Shown: positions 1 to 11,346 of the stretch, one piece after another
Numbering within the stretch: the first letter of the stretch is position 1
How the letters are laid out: every line of letters starts with the position of its first letter
From: Blastocatellia bacterium
GTDB lineage: Bacteria; Acidobacteriota; Blastocatellia; UBA7656
Direction of reading: 5' to 3'
Assembly (NCBI GenBank): GCA_963765495.1
Contig: CAVXWP010000009.1
Span: 832,001-896,000 of the forward strand
Length of the DNA stretch: 64,000 nucleotides
The notes under the pieces: model-generated
Told to the model about the DNA's origin: nothing
The model's database searches: none
What the model saw: the letters and a program-made list of their open reading frames with translations, nothing else
Made by a program: the position numbers and the translations under genes

Positions 1-297
1 TCCAGATATAATCCTTACTGGTACAACTACGGCTGGGGATACAGCGGCGGATATTATAACGGCGGAAGCTCAAGCGGCGGACAAAATACTGGAACGGGCG
101 GCGGAACCGCAAGCAATCCCGGAACCGGAACGGGCGGCGGACACAAAGGCGGACACAAAGGCGGCGGCGCGGCTGGCCCTCCGCGTCTGCCAAACCCCGG
201 AAGAGGCAGAGATTTCGGCGGCGCTCCAAGCATTCCAAGAACCGAGATGCCTGCGCCAAGCTCGGGCGGCGGGAAAGGCCACAGACACGGTAACTGA
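1..297 (+). CDS. 3' end of a protein with a Gly/Tyr/Pro-rich low-complexity C-terminal tail (partial)
   Basis: Frame 1 is open from base 1 to TGA at 295-297 (SRYNPYWYNYGWGYSGGYYNGG...GKGHRHGN*) and is followed by a terminator. Confidence 0.7.
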   Translation, partial: SRYNPYWYNYGWGYSGGYYNGGSSSGGQNTGTGGGTASNPGTGTGGGHKGGHKGGGAAGPPRLPNPGRGRDFGGAPSIPRTEMPAPSSGGGKGHRHGN

Positions 298-338
298 GGC
301 CGGTTGATACGGGATCGAATACAAGTTCGAATAAGATT

Positions 339-370
339 AGGCGCTCTTCAAGGGGCGCCTTTCTTTTTTT
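339..370 (+). terminator. Rho-independent terminator
   Basis: AGGCGC(TC)...(GG)GCGCCT hairpin followed by TTCTTTTTTT. Confidence 0.75.
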
Positions 371-393
371 CTGTCCGGCTCACCTGCTTTTAA

Positions 394-1718
394 CCATCCG
401 TAGCGAGAAGTCCCCTGCTCTTTAGGCGGGGGATGAATCGCGGCGGTACTAACTGAGATTTGGTACTGCTATGAACGTGTTTCGTGCTATAATGATGACG
501 GCTCAAATCAGCACTTGCGATGCCAATCTGAGCCTCACCGATGCCGACTATAGGAGAGTCAACATGGCTGATGGAATCATAACACAAAGAGCCTACCGCT
601 ACAGAATCTATCCCTCTCACGCTCAAATCACACGACTTGAACAGACGCTTTCCTACTGTGCGGAGTTGTATAATGCGGGCCTTCAAGAAAGAAGAGACGC
701 TTACCGGATAGCTCGAAAGTGTATCTCTTACAAAGAGCAGCAAAACCAGCTTCCAGAAATCAAAGCTGTTCGACCTGAGTGGAACACGGTGCATTCTCAG
801 GTATTGCAGGATGTTCTCAAGCGACTTGATAAGGCTTTCGATGCGTTCTTTCGCAGAGTCAGAAGCAAGCAAGGCAAAGCCGGATTTCCGAGATTCCGCG
901 CCCGCTCTCGCTATAATAGCTTCACCTATCCTCAGTCTGGATTTGCAATAGAGAATGGCAAGCTTAGACTTTCTAAAATCGGCCGCATCAAAATCAAACT
1001 CCATCGCCCGATTGAGGGTGCTATCAAAGGATTGACTATCACGCGCAGTTCCACGGGCAAATGGTTTGCCTGCTTCACAGTAGAACAGGTAATCAATCCA
1101 GAGCCGCATAAGGGCAAGGCTGTAGGCGTGGATGTAGGTATAAAGACCTACTGCACATTGTCTGACGGAACTGAGATTGATAACCCGAAGTTCTTTAGAG
1201 TGGAGGAAAAGAACCTTGCCAAAGCACAGCGCAAACTCTCTACCTTCAATAAAGGTTCTGATGAGTATCGGAAGCAGCGCAAGGTAGTAGCTCGCATTCA
1301 TGAGCGAATCACAAATAAGCGAAAAGACTTCGCGCATCAACTCTCTCATTACTTCGCTATTACTTATGCACTGATAATCTTTGAGAAGTTGAATATCAGA
1401 GGCATGGTGAAAAACCATTGCCTCGCCAAATCCATTCAGGATGCCAGTTGGAATCAGACTATTCAGTATACGACCTACAAGGCAGCATGGGCCGGGGGTA
1501 TGTCGCTGAGAGTCAATCCAGCAGGCACAAGTAATACGACTCACTGCTGCAAGGCGAAGGTTGATATTACGTTGGCAGATCGTGTAATCCATTGTCCTCA
1601 GTGTCATCGAACTATAGGCAGAGATGAAAATGCATCTCTGAATATTTTGAGTCTGGGATTACAGACTCTTGGCCTTAGCGCCATAGAAGCCGCTTCCTTT
1701 GGGTAGCGGAATAGTCAC
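394..1718 (+). mobile_element. IS200/IS605-family element, tnpB-only (IS1341-like)
   Basis: Left-end hairpin AAGTCCCCTGCTCTTTAGGCGGGGGATGAA; right-end GAAGCCGCTTCCTTTGGGTAGCGGAATAGTCAC ending in TCAC; no tnpA; TTTAA just left of the inferred left end. Confidence 0.8.
564..1706 (+). CDS. tnpB: RNA-guided endonuclease TnpB
   Basis: RAYRYRIYP N-terminus, GFPRF, RuvC motifs GVDVGIK / FEKLNIRGM / RDENASLNI; GGAGAG RBS before ATG 564. Confidence 0.93.
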   Translation: MADGIITQRAYRYRIYPSHAQITRLEQTLSYCAELYNAGLQERRDAYRIARKCISYKEQQNQLPEIKAVRPEWNTVHSQVLQDVLKRLDKAFDAFFRRVRSKQGKAGFPRFRARSRYNSFTYPQSGFAIENGKLRLSKIGRIKIKLHRPIEGAIKGLTITRSSTGKWFACFTVEQVINPEPHKGKAVGVDVGIKTYCTLSDGTEIDNPKFFRVEEKNLAKAQRKLSTFNKGSDEYRKQRKVVARIHERITNKRKDFAHQLSHYFAITYALIIFEKLNIRGMVKNHCLAKSIQDASWNQTIQYTTYKAAWAGGMSLRVNPAGTSNTTHCCKAKVDITLADRVIHCPQCHRTIGRDENASLNILSLGLQTLGLSAIEAASFG

Positions 1719-1782
1719 TCAACCGCAAATAGGGATAAAATTGGCCTCGGAATGGAAACCGGAAGGCGGGTCCGGAACCTTT

Positions 1783-2259
1783 ATGGCCTACATCGTAGAC
1801 GGCAACAACGTAATGGGTCAAACGCCGGGCTGGCATCGCGACAAATCCGGGGCGCGCCGAGGGCTGCTTGAGCAACTGGCCGCTTTCGCGCATGTCAAAA
1901 AGGCTCGCGTAACGGCCGTATTTGACGGCGCTCCTGACGAGGGCGTGCCGGAGGGGTCTGCCTATCACGGCGTCAAAGTGCTTTACGCTAAGAGGGGATC
2001 GGATGCCGACACTCGAATCGAACAACTCGTAGAGTCGGCCCGTGATCGGCGCGGGCTGATCGTCGTCACATCGGATCGACGGCTTGCGCACGCGATTCGC
2101 TCGCTCGGCGCATCCGTCCTGCGGTCGGGAGAGTTCAGGAATTTGATCGAAGAGGTGATTGCCGGTCGCCCGCTCGCCGAAGACGGAGAGCAGTTCGATC
2201 TCGGAGATATGAATGAGTGGCTCAGATATTTCGGCGCTTCGCCCGAAGACGATGTGTGA
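1783..2259 (+). CDS. YacP-like NYN/PIN domain protein
   Basis: YIVDGNNV, VFDG, SDADTRI, VVTSDRRL motifs. Confidence 0.85.
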   Translation: MAYIVDGNNVMGQTPGWHRDKSGARRGLLEQLAAFAHVKKARVTAVFDGAPDEGVPEGSAYHGVKVLYAKRGSDADTRIEQLVESARDRRGLIVVTSDRRLAHAIRSLGASVLRSGEFRNLIEEVIAGRPLAEDGEQFDLGDMNEWLRYFGASPEDDV

Positions 2260-2338
2260 TGGGTGATATGTGATACGTGATACGTGATTCGTTGTCTTGA
2301 TTGCCATCTCCGGTCACGCATCACGAATCACGTATCAC
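2256..2338. repeat. Heptamer-tandem inverted repeat element (GTGATAC type)
   Basis: (GTGATRY)n followed by the complementary (TCACGNA)n; related copies at 35147-35241 and 41293-41386. Confidence 0.75.
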
Positions 2339-2368
2339 TTACCCTGTATCACGAAGGAGGTAATAGGC

Positions 2369-4030
2369 ATGGCTTACGAACGGCCTCGAGCTTACCGCGA
2401 TGTAAGGGTAGGCGAATTGCTCACGCTGCTTGCGCGAGACTACCCGCAGAACGAGGCGCTGATTTATCCCGACCGCGAGCTTAGATACGATTTCAGTCAG
2501 CTTGAATGGTTCGCCCGCCAGATAGCCAGAGGGCTGTTGAGCATCGGTGTAGAGCGGGGCGACCGCGTGGCCCTGTGGGCGCATAACATCCCGGAATGGG
2601 TCGTCTTGCAATTCGCCCTCGCAAAGATCGGAGCCATACTCGTTACCGTAAATACCAGCCTCCGCGCTGCGGAAATCGAATACCTGCTCAGGCAATCGGA
2701 GACCAGCACGCTCATCACCGTGGCGGGCTTTCGCGATCTTGATTATGTAAAGACCATCTACGAGATCATCCCCGAATTGCGCGGGGCGAAAGAGGGCGCG
2801 CTCCATTCAATGAAGTTCCCCTATCTTCGCAACATAATTTATATCGGCGATGAGCATCCGGGTGGGATGCTCCGTTACGACTCTTTGCTCGACCGTTCGG
2901 GGCGGGTGAGCGATGATCAGCTAAACGCCCACTCGGATATGCAGGACCTCGACGACGTGATAAACATGCAGTACACCTCGGGCACAACGGGCTTTCCAAA
3001 AGGGGTTATGCTGACGCATCGCAACATAGTAAACAACGGCTACTGGCTGGCCGAAGGGCTTGCGCTCACTTCAAGCGACAGGTTGTGCGTGCCCGTGCCT
3101 TTCTTTCATTGCTTCGGCTGTGTGATCGGAGTGCTGGGTGCTTACACTCACGCGGCTGCGATGATTCCGCTTGAATACTTCGACCCGTTGCGAGTGCTTC
3201 AATACGTGGAACGCGAAAGATGTACAGCCCTTTACGGGGTGCCGACCATGTTCATAGCCGAGCTTGAACAACTCGATTATCACTGTTTCGATATGTCGAG
3301 TTTGAGGACGGGCATAATGGCGGGCTCGCTGTGTCCCGAATCGCTCATGCGAAAAGTGATGGAAAAGATGAACCTGACCGAGATGACCATCGCCTATGGA
3401 TTGACCGAAGCCTCGCCCGGAATAACGCACACGCCGCGAGATGACAGCATCGAGTTGCGTACGCAGACCGTAGGCCGCGTGATGCCCGAAATGGAAGTCA
3501 AAATCATCGACCCGGCCACGGGCGAAGAATGCCTGCCCGGCAAATCCGGTGAGTTGTGCTGTCGCGGTTACAACGTGATGAAGGGGTATTACAACAACAA
3601 ACAGGCCACAAGTGAGGCGATTGATGAAGAAGGATGGCTGCACACGGGCGATCAGGCCAGTATGGATGAGCGGGGGTATGTCAGGATCACCGGGCGTATA
3701 AAAGACCTGATAATTCGCGGCGGCGAAAACATCGCGCCAAAAGAGATTGAAGACCTGTTGCGCACGCATCCGAAGATCGCCGATGCCTATGTTTATGGTG
3801 TGCCCGATGAACGCTACGGCGAAGAGGTCGCCGTGGCTGTCCGCCTAAAGCCCGGCGAGACGGCAACCCCGGATGAAATCCGCGCATATTGCGAAGGCCG
3901 CATAGCCAAATTCAAATATCCGCGCCACATCCGTTTCGTCGAATCATTCCCCATGACGGCTTCTGGCAAGGTGCAGAAGTTCAAGCTGAGAGAAATGCAT
4001 GCTCGGGGGCCGGGGGCCGGGGACCAGTAG
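2369..4030 (+). CDS. AMP-dependent acyl-CoA synthetase
   Basis: [46 protein letters not shown]; AGGAGG RBS. Confidence 0.93.
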   Translation: MAYERPRAYRDVRVGELLTLLARDYPQNEALIYPDRELRYDFSQLEWFARQIARGLLSIGVERGDRVALWAHNIPEWVVLQFALAKIGAILVTVNTSLRAAEIEYLLRQSETSTLITVAGFRDLDYVKTIYEIIPELRGAKEGALHSMKFPYLRNIIYIGDEHPGGMLRYDSLLDRSGRVSDDQLNAHSDMQDLDDVINMQYTSGTTGFPKGVMLTHRNIVNNGYWLAEGLALTSSDRLCVPVPFFHCFGCVIGVLGAYTHAAAMIPLEYFDPLRVLQYVERERCTALYGVPTMFIAELEQLDYHCFDMSSLRTGIMAGSLCPESLMRKVMEKMNLTEMTIAYGLTEASPGITHTPRDDSIELRTQTVGRVMPEMEVKIIDPATGEECLPGKSGELCCRGYNVMKGYYNNKQATSEAIDEEGWLHTGDQASMDERGYVRITGRIKDLIIRGGENIAPKEIEDLLRTHPKIADAYVYGVPDERYGEEVAVAVRLKPGETATPDEIRAYCEGRIAKFKYPRHIRFVESFPMTASGKVQKFKLREMHARGPGAGDQ

Positions 4031-4186
4031 GTGGGGGCCGGGAAGCATAAGATTACTTTTCGCTTGCTAACTCCAATAGCAAATCAGCAAGCGACATTAT
4101 AAAGTACGCTTAGCCTTGATTGGTAAACCGGCCCCTGATCCCCGGCCCCCGGCCCCTACCTTATGGCCCCTGACCCCCGGCCCCCA
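4005..4186. repeat. GGGGCCG-type heptamer inverted repeat element between convergent genes
   Basis: GGGGGCC(G) tandem units on the left, CCCCGGC units on the right; overlaps the 3' end of the acyl-CoA synthetase gene. Confidence 0.7.
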
Positions 4187-4188
4187 GT

Positions 4189-5727
4189 TCAGTGCTTGAT
4201 CTTTTCCCAGTATGTCTGCAAATCGAAAGCGGGACTGGTCTCCGGCGTGTGGCACGCCGCACACGTGGATTTCATGTCGCTTATGTGGCCGTACCCTTTG
4301 GCAGGTTTTGCTATGTGCTCGCCTGCCGGGCCGTGGCACGCCTCGCATTGTACGTGTTGAAGTTGAGGCAGATTGTTCTCGCTTATCAAAGTTCCTTTTT
4401 GCAGCCCGCTCGCGTGACAGTTCAGGCAACTCGGTTCAAACTCCGCAGGCTTGAAGACGACAGGCCCCGTCGCCCGCGCGTGCAAAGTGTTTGCCCACTT
4501 TACATATTCCTGGGTGTGACACTGAGAACACGCCGAGGCTGAGGCATAGACATCTCCGTGCTCTGCGCTTTGGGGCGAATCCGCGGAATGTCTGCTTCGC
4601 TGCATTCTGGTGCTCGCCTGCCAGTCGAGCAATATCTTTTTTGATGTCTTTCTGAAATTGATTTCCGCCTCATTAGCCTGATTGATAGGCCCGACCGCGC
4701 CCGGCGCATCGGGTACCAGATCGTCGAGCACGATCTGACGGTCTTTGATTGAAAATCTGCCCCGCTCGTCTCGGTAAAATCTAAGCTCGCCGAGCGCCCT
4801 GGTTTCATAAGGCGTAAAGGCTACGAGGGTCTGCCCCGCGTCATAGGAACGAGTGATTATATCGCCGTTGCCCGCTATGATGACATCGATGTCGGGGACC
4901 TGCCGGGCTATGTTGAGCGCCTCGGTCGTCGAGACGTGCGCGAGCGCCACAAGGAAATCAGATTTCTGTTTTGCCTCTGCTACAGACTTGCGGGCGGCTT
5001 CTACGGGGTCGATGATCTTGAGACCGCGCGGCGGTGCGGGCTGCGCGCCTGTAAGACCCAGAAAGGCCACCCGCAGAGGTTTCGTCAAAGATGATTCCTG
5101 GCTCTGGCGGACGGGGATTTCTCGAACGACGAACGGCTGAAGAAGGGCGCGGTCACCCGAATCGCTTGCGATGTTGGCCGACACGAGGCGGTTGAATATC
5201 GAATAAGTGTCGCTTGGATGAGCGGCATCTGTTTGTTTGAGCGCATCGGCTATATAGGCCAGGTCTTTCGCCGCTATGTTTACGGCGTCGAACCCGACCT
5301 GTTCATAGGCCTTGAGTATCATCTCGTTCATCACGGCAGCATCGGCCCGGAGATAGCCGTGAGTGTTGCGTCTGTCGGAGAGGAAGTTGCCGGTATCAAC
5401 GACGAGCGCCGGTATCTTATCGAATTTTTCTCGGAATACCTTAGTATAGCCGACACGCCGTGCCAGCCCCCCTACGCGGGGCCCCTTTCAACCACAGGTT
5501 CCGAGTTCGCCGTGAGTATCGCCTCCGAAATGAATGACGAAGGCGGCCCCGTCGTCCGCCCCGAGCCTTTCGGCAAGCGGCACACCCGTGGCGACGAGTT
5601 CGGTCTTACGCTCGGCAGGTTCCTGCGAGGCGCTTGTCTGCTGGAAGGGCAGGTAAGAGCATAAAAAGGCAGCGATCAGCGTGATAGCCGATAACTTGAT
5701 GCGTTTGATTAGAGTTTTATGATGCAT
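4189..5727 (-). CDS. Secreted UshA/5'-nucleotidase-like selenoprotein (CGU motif) fused to a tetraheme cytochrome c domain, about 512 aa
   Basis: ORFs 5488-5814 and 4189-5334 are in frame across one TGA (5488-5490): GDTHGELGTCG-U-KGPRVGGLARRVGY...VDTGN; N-terminal signal peptide; four CxxCH motifs. Confidence 0.85.
5464..5490 (-). promoter_or_regulatory. Candidate bacterial SECIS hairpin
   Basis: UGA AAGG-GGCCCC-GCGUAGG-GGGGCU: GC-rich stem with a G-containing apical loop directly 3' of the UGA. Confidence 0.55.
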
Positions 5728-5965
5728 TGAGTTCAACCCGTTCGGTAAAAATCCTTTTGTTACGGTGAAAAAAGTCGAGTAAAAGACTCTAATTGATCCG
5801 GCATCGCTCCGCAAGCATTCGCGCCCGTCCCGGCCTGTTCCAATTTCTCTTGCTTACATTTTGGGAAACAGAACTATCCTGAGATGCTCTCAGTTTGTTT
5901 GCAACAACCCTGGAATTTGTATTGATCGGTTTGTTCTTTTGTAGTACGCTCCCGACAGATTTGGT

Positions 5966-6009
5966 GAAAGCCCCCGCTCGGCCCATTGGCCGGGTGGGGT
6001 TTTCTTTTT
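5966..6009 (+). terminator. Terminator-like hairpin immediately upstream of pilT
   Basis: GAAAGCCCCCGCTCGGCC-CATT-GGCCGGGTGGGGTTTC followed by a T tract. Confidence 0.55.
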
Positions 6010-6019
6010 GGGGGAACGC

Positions 6020-7054
6020 ATGAATCAGGAAATTCTAAATCAGTTCCTTGCTGTGGCCGTCAAGAATCGCGCCTCAGATGTGCACCTCCAGGTAGGCGAA
6101 CATCCACTGCTGCGCATAAACGGTCTTTTGACCCAGGTAAAGTACCACCCGCTCACGTCCGATGATATGCGTTCCATAGTCTCTGCGCTCGCCGGGCGTG
6201 AGAGATTCGAAAGCGACTTTCACAGAAGGAATGAATTCGACACCTCCTACGAAATCGCGGAAATCGGACGCTTTCGCGCAAATATCTTCAGACAGCGAGG
6301 CCATTACGGCGCGGTGCTGCGCGTAGTCCCGCTCGAAATAAAGACTTGTGAAGAACTCCACCTGCCGCGCGTCTATGAAAAGATCGCGCACCTCAGTCGC
6401 GGGCTTGTGCTGGTTTCGGGCGCTACCGGGAACGGCAAATCCACCAGCGTAGCCGCCATCGTCGAACACATAAATCGCTCGCGAAAGGCTCACATCGTGA
6501 CCATCGAAGAGCCTATAGAATTTCTCTTCAAGAATAAGAAATCTGTCATCTCGCAAAGAGAAATAGGCACAGACACCGACAGCTTTGCAGACGCGCTGCG
6601 CTCGGCAATGCGCCAGGACCCGGATGTGATCTATGTAGGCGAAATCCGCGACCGGGAAACCATCGACATCGCGCTCAAGGCCGCTGAAATAGGGCATCTC
6701 GTGATCTCTACGATTCACACGCCCGACGCGCAACGGACCATAGGGCGTTTGATCAGTTTCTTTCCCGCCGAAGAGCATATGGCCGTGCGCGAGCGGCTGG
6801 CTCAAAACCTGATGGCCATTACAAGCCTGCGGTTGCTGGCAAGCTGCAACGGCAGCGGGCGACTCCCCGCCGTAGAAGTCATGCTTGTCACGCGCAGCAT
6901 CGAAGAGTGTATTCGCAACCCTGAAAAGACCGGAGAGATTCAGCAGTATATTCAGAAAGGAACCGAGCTTGGCATGCAGAGCTTTGATCAACATCTGGTC
7001 GAGTTGTTGCAGCAAGGCAAGATTTCTATAGATACGGCTAAACTCGCCGGGTAG
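6020..7054 (+). CDS. pilT: Type IV pilus retraction ATPase, PilT/PilU family
   Basis: ASDVHL, GRFRANIF, Walker A GATGNGKST, RQDPDVIYVGEIRD, GHLVISTIHT, GMQSFDQ. Confidence 0.9.
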   Translation: MNQEILNQFLAVAVKNRASDVHLQVGEHPLLRINGLLTQVKYHPLTSDDMRSIVSALAGRERFESDFHRRNEFDTSYEIAEIGRFRANIFRQRGHYGAVLRVVPLEIKTCEELHLPRVYEKIAHLSRGLVLVSGATGNGKSTSVAAIVEHINRSRKAHIVTIEEPIEFLFKNKKSVISQREIGTDTDSFADALRSAMRQDPDVIYVGEIRDRETIDIALKAAEIGHLVISTIHTPDAQRTIGRLISFFPAEEHMAVRERLAQNLMAITSLRLLASCNGSGRLPAVEVMLVTRSIEECIRNPEKTGEIQQYIQKGTELGMQSFDQHLVELLQQGKISIDTAKLAG

Positions 7055-7111
7055 TGCTAAGAAAGTAATGCTGGTGAAGACTAGCTCAAGGAACACTTTC
7101 CATCCAACCTG

Positions 7112-7196
7112 GCCTAACTCGTCATTCCAGCGGACGCGCATGCCAACCGCTCGCGTTCCATCAGCTACCGGCGCGCCGCTGAACTCGTCGTTAGGC
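7112..7196 (+). mobile_element. Integron attC site 1
   Basis: GCCTAAC...GTTAGGC ends; inner TTCCAGCGG/CCGCTGAA pair with one extrahelical base; 85 bp. Confidence 0.9.
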
Positions 7197-7253
7197 TTCC
7201 CTTGCCAAAGCAGGCACCAGACATTCAATTTCAAATAGGCTATTATACTAACG

Positions 7254-7727
7254 ATGGGAAAGACGGCTATCTATATCGAAACGAGTGTTGTCAGCTACCT
7301 TGTGGCAAGGCCAAGCCGCGACCTTATTGTTGCGGCACACCAACAAATTACCTCTGACTGGTGGCATAGCCATAGCCATCAATATGATCTTTTTATTTCA
7401 CAAATCGTCCTTGATGAATCAAGAGCAGGCGATAAAGAGATGTCGAACAAGAGACTTGCTGCTATACAAGACTTGTCGCTTCTGGATATTAATGAAGATG
7501 TTATTCAACTCGCTGAACATCTTGTGAATTCTAATGCTGTTCCTCAGAAAGCAGCACAGGATGCTCTACACATTTCTACAGCATGTGTAAGTGGCATGGA
7601 TTATCTTCTCACCTGGAATTGCAAACACATCGCAAATGCAAAAATGCGAAATCAAATTGAAAAAGTGTGCCGAGAAGCGGGTTACTTGCCGCCAATCATA
7701 TGCACTCCTGAGGAACTGGAGGGTTAA
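7254..7727 (+). CDS. PIN-domain (VapC-like) toxin, cassette gene
   Basis: IYIETSVVSYL, DALHI, DYLLTWNCKHIAN, PIICTPEEL. Confidence 0.88.
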   Translation: MGKTAIYIETSVVSYLVARPSRDLIVAAHQQITSDWWHSHSHQYDLFISQIVLDESRAGDKEMSNKRLAAIQDLSLLDINEDVIQLAEHLVNSNAVPQKAAQDALHISTACVSGMDYLLTWNCKHIANAKMRNQIEKVCREAGYLPPIICTPEELEG

Positions 7728-7729
7728 GT

Positions 7730-7921
7730 ATGTGGAATGACCCCATAGTAGAAGAAACCCGTAGAGTACGAGAAGTCTTAGCATCAAAGTTTGACTATGA
7801 TGTTAGACTACTGGGCCAATACTATAGATCTCAACAGATAAACGAAGGGCGGACTATCGTACGCAGGCAACCAAAGGATCGAGCACAAAGAGTGGAAGAA
7901 AGTCCTGTGGTTATGGACCAA

Positions 7922-7927
<6 letters not shown>
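7730..7927 (+). CDS. Small putative antitoxin partner of the PIN toxin
   Basis: MWNDPIVEETRRVRE...FDYD pattern typical of partners of this PIN family; stop codon lies inside the attC R'' box. Confidence 0.75.
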
Positions 7928-8834
<907 letters not shown>

Positions 8835-8874
8835 ATGATCCGAGGAATAAGAAGGACTTTGGTAAACTATTCGC

Positions 8875-9760
8875 ATGACAATCGAACAAATCAACAATCT
8901 CAAACCTGCAAGACTCCGCGCCTTGACCCGCATGACGACAAACGCCCTTCAACAATTGTTGTCTACTACCGTGCCGGTCTTGGTTCATCTCCGTCAACAG
9001 GCCAAACTTCTTCGCCCTGATCGCAAACGCGCTCTCGGTGGCGGTAGAAAACCCAAACTCACTCCTTCTCAGGAGGTCTTGCTCGTTCTCATCTACCTGC
9101 GTCACAACCTCGCTCACGCGCGTTGTCGCAGCCTTGTTTGGTGTTAGCGCCGACACCTCCGAGAATCTCTTTCACGAGATTGTCCCCTTGCTCAGAGAAC
9201 TCTTTCCCTCCAATCGCTTTGAGGCACAGAAGAGGTTTCGAGGTCAGGAACCGAGCCTCAAAATCCAAGAGATTGACCGAATTCTCATCGACAGTTTTGA
9301 GACGCCAATACCCCGCCCCTCCAATTATGAACGTCAAAAACGGGTATATTCTGGTAAAAAGAAATGCCACACGCTCAAGAGCCAAGTAGAGAGTGATCGA
9401 AAGGGAGAAGTGCTGGGTATCAGAGGAGGGCATCGCGGGCCAGCATCGGATAAGCGAGTATATGAAGCCAGTGGAGTGGGGGAGAAATATCGAGAAGCGA
9501 GCAAGCAAGGGGATTTGGGATATCAGGGCACAGAGGGAATCGAAGTACCACACAAGAAGCCGAAAGGAGGTGAGCTAAGTGATGATGAGCGAGAGGAGAA
9601 TCGAGCGAAGGCGAGTGTGAGGGTACAGGTAGAACACGGCATAAGAAGAGTGAAAGGATTCAAGATCATGAGAGAGAAGTATCGGCTGGCAATGGGGTTG
9701 TTCCCGATGGTAGCGTCGGCAGTAGTCGGATTGGTACATCTCAACCGAATCCTTATGTAA
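8875..9760 (+). pseudogene. IS5-superfamily (DDE_Tnp_4 / HTH_Tnp_4 type) transposase with a frameshift near 9118-9121
   Basis: ORF1 RKRALGGGRKPKL...LIYLRHN continues in another frame as VVAALFGVS...IDSFE..IPRP...YSGKKKCHTLK...DLGYQG...RVQVEHGIRRVK. Confidence 0.8.
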
Positions 9761-9942
9761 GCAGACTGCAAAGGGTGAAGTGTGCCCATCTGACGGTGGG
9801 TCGCCCAAGCACGCTTCATTTTTTATTTATCGGATCATCTAATGAGAGTGTCGACTTGGATGTGGCCTGGCGATTGCACATAATTTGAAGATAGATTGTT
9901 TCCTATAAGTATGGGATTACAATCAAGAGACGGCACGCGGCA

Positions 9943-10713
9943 GTGGAGGAAAGGAGAAAAAGATTGAAGACCGTTGCCCAAAGATCGAGAAAACGACTGA
10001 CGGTGATGGTTCTTTCCTGTCTGTTTGTTATCTTTGCGTCGGTCTTCTTGATGAATCTCGAATCGCCGGGCAGCACCGATACGGGCGAGCCGACGCCTAT
10101 CTACAAACCTGTTCTCGCCCCGTCTCCTCCAGAAAGCGCGCCTCATCCGAGCCGGGCCGACAATATGCAATCTGAGCAGAAGCCCAGAGAGCCTCAACCT
10201 GCCACGGGGTCCGAGGTCGGTGTGCAACCTTTGTCTGCGGCGGCGAGCAGTGTCGGCAATGCTGATCTCACTTACCTTGGCACAAGGAATCTGCTCATAC
10301 CCGTTCAGGGCGTAGCCGCAAATCAGCTACACGACTCTTTTTACGAAGGGCGCTCGGAAGGAAGAACGCACGAAGCGCTCGACATCATGGCCCCCAAAGA
10401 CACGCCCGTTCTCGCAACGACTGACGGGGTTATAAGAAAACTGCACGAGAGCGTGAGGGGCGGCATTATGATTTACGAGATGGACCCTTCGGGGCTTTAT
10501 GTATATTACTACGGCCACCTGTCGCGCTATGCAGACGGCCTGAGCGAAAACAAACAGGTAAAACGCGGAGAGATAATAGGCTACGTGGGCGACACCGGAA
10601 ATGCGGGTGCGGGAAACTATCACCTGCACTTTGGCATTTCGAAATGCAGCGCGCCGGGCAAGTGGTACGGTGGCGACCCGATCAATCCTTTTCCTTTGCT
10701 CGGTGGAAGGTGA
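9943..10713 (+). CDS. M23 family metallopeptidase with N-terminal membrane anchor
   Basis: HEALD, YYYGHL, GYVGDTGNA, HLHF. Confidence 0.9.
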   Translation: MEERRKRLKTVAQRSRKRLTVMVLSCLFVIFASVFLMNLESPGSTDTGEPTPIYKPVLAPSPPESAPHPSRADNMQSEQKPREPQPATGSEVGVQPLSAAASSVGNADLTYLGTRNLLIPVQGVAANQLHDSFYEGRSEGRTHEALDIMAPKDTPVLATTDGVIRKLHESVRGGIMIYEMDPSGLYVYYYGHLSRYADGLSENKQVKRGEIIGYVGDTGNAGAGNYHLHFGISKCSAPGKWYGGDPINPFPLLGGR

Positions 10714-10782
10714 TTCTTCCCACCCCCTCGGCCCGATTCAATACACCAACGTACTCAATAAGAACGACAGCGCAAACAACGG

Positions 10783-10810
10783 GGCCGACGCTTTCAAGAG
10801 CGCCGGCCCG
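10783..10810. terminator. Hairpin between convergent genes
   Basis: GGGCCGACGCT-TTCAAG-AGCGCCGGCCC. Confidence 0.5.
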
Positions 10811-10836
10811 ATTAAAAATTGAGCTTTTATGGATTC

Positions 10837-11346
10837 TTACCAATCGTTGTTCTTGATGCGTTTTTTGATCTTGCGTTTGACCAGGTCTCGCTTCAACGGG
10901 CTTAAGTATTCAATGAACAGATCGCCATCCAGGTGATCCGTTTCGTGTGCCACACACCGCGCTTCAAGGTCCATCAGGTCGAGCGTGAAAGGGCTGCCGT
11001 TAAAATCCTGAGCGCGAACCACGAGGCGTTGGGGGCGTTTCACCTGAAAGAAGATACCCGGGAAACTCAGGCACCCTTCTTCGCCTACCTGCTCCCCTTC
11101 TTCGGTTTCGATCACAGGGTTTATCAACGCCAATTTCTGCGGTCTATTCTTGCCACTGCTGCAATCCATAACGAACAACCGCTTGAGCACGCCTACCTGA
11201 GGAGCCGCAAGCCCTACGCCCGGCGCTCCATACATAGTCTCAAACATATTGTCTATGAGCCGATGCAGGTCTTCATTAAATTCCGTAACCTCTTCAGCGC
11301 GTTTTGTGAGCACCGGGTCGCCGTATTTAACAATATCTAAAATCAT
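10837..11346 (-). CDS. def: Peptide deformylase
   Basis: [23 protein letters not shown]. Confidence 0.96.
   Translation of the reverse strand: MILDIVKYGDPVLTKRAEEVTEFNEDLHRLIDNMFETMYGAPGVGLAAPQVGVLKRLFVMDCSSGKNRPQKLALINPVIETEEGEQVGEEGCLSFPGIFFQVKRPQRLVVRAQDFNGSPFTLDLMDLEARCVAHETDHLDGDLFIEYLSPLKRDLVKRKIKKRIKNNDW

Noticed and set aside
390-1607. 405-aa minus-strand ORF
   Set aside because: Antisense shadow of tnpB with no recognisable motifs
5488-5814. Separate 108-aa gene or nonsense pseudogene
   Set aside because: Better explained as the 5' part of one UGA-readthrough selenoprotein
6074-7234. 386-aa minus-strand ORF
   Set aside because: Antisense shadow of pilT running through an attC site
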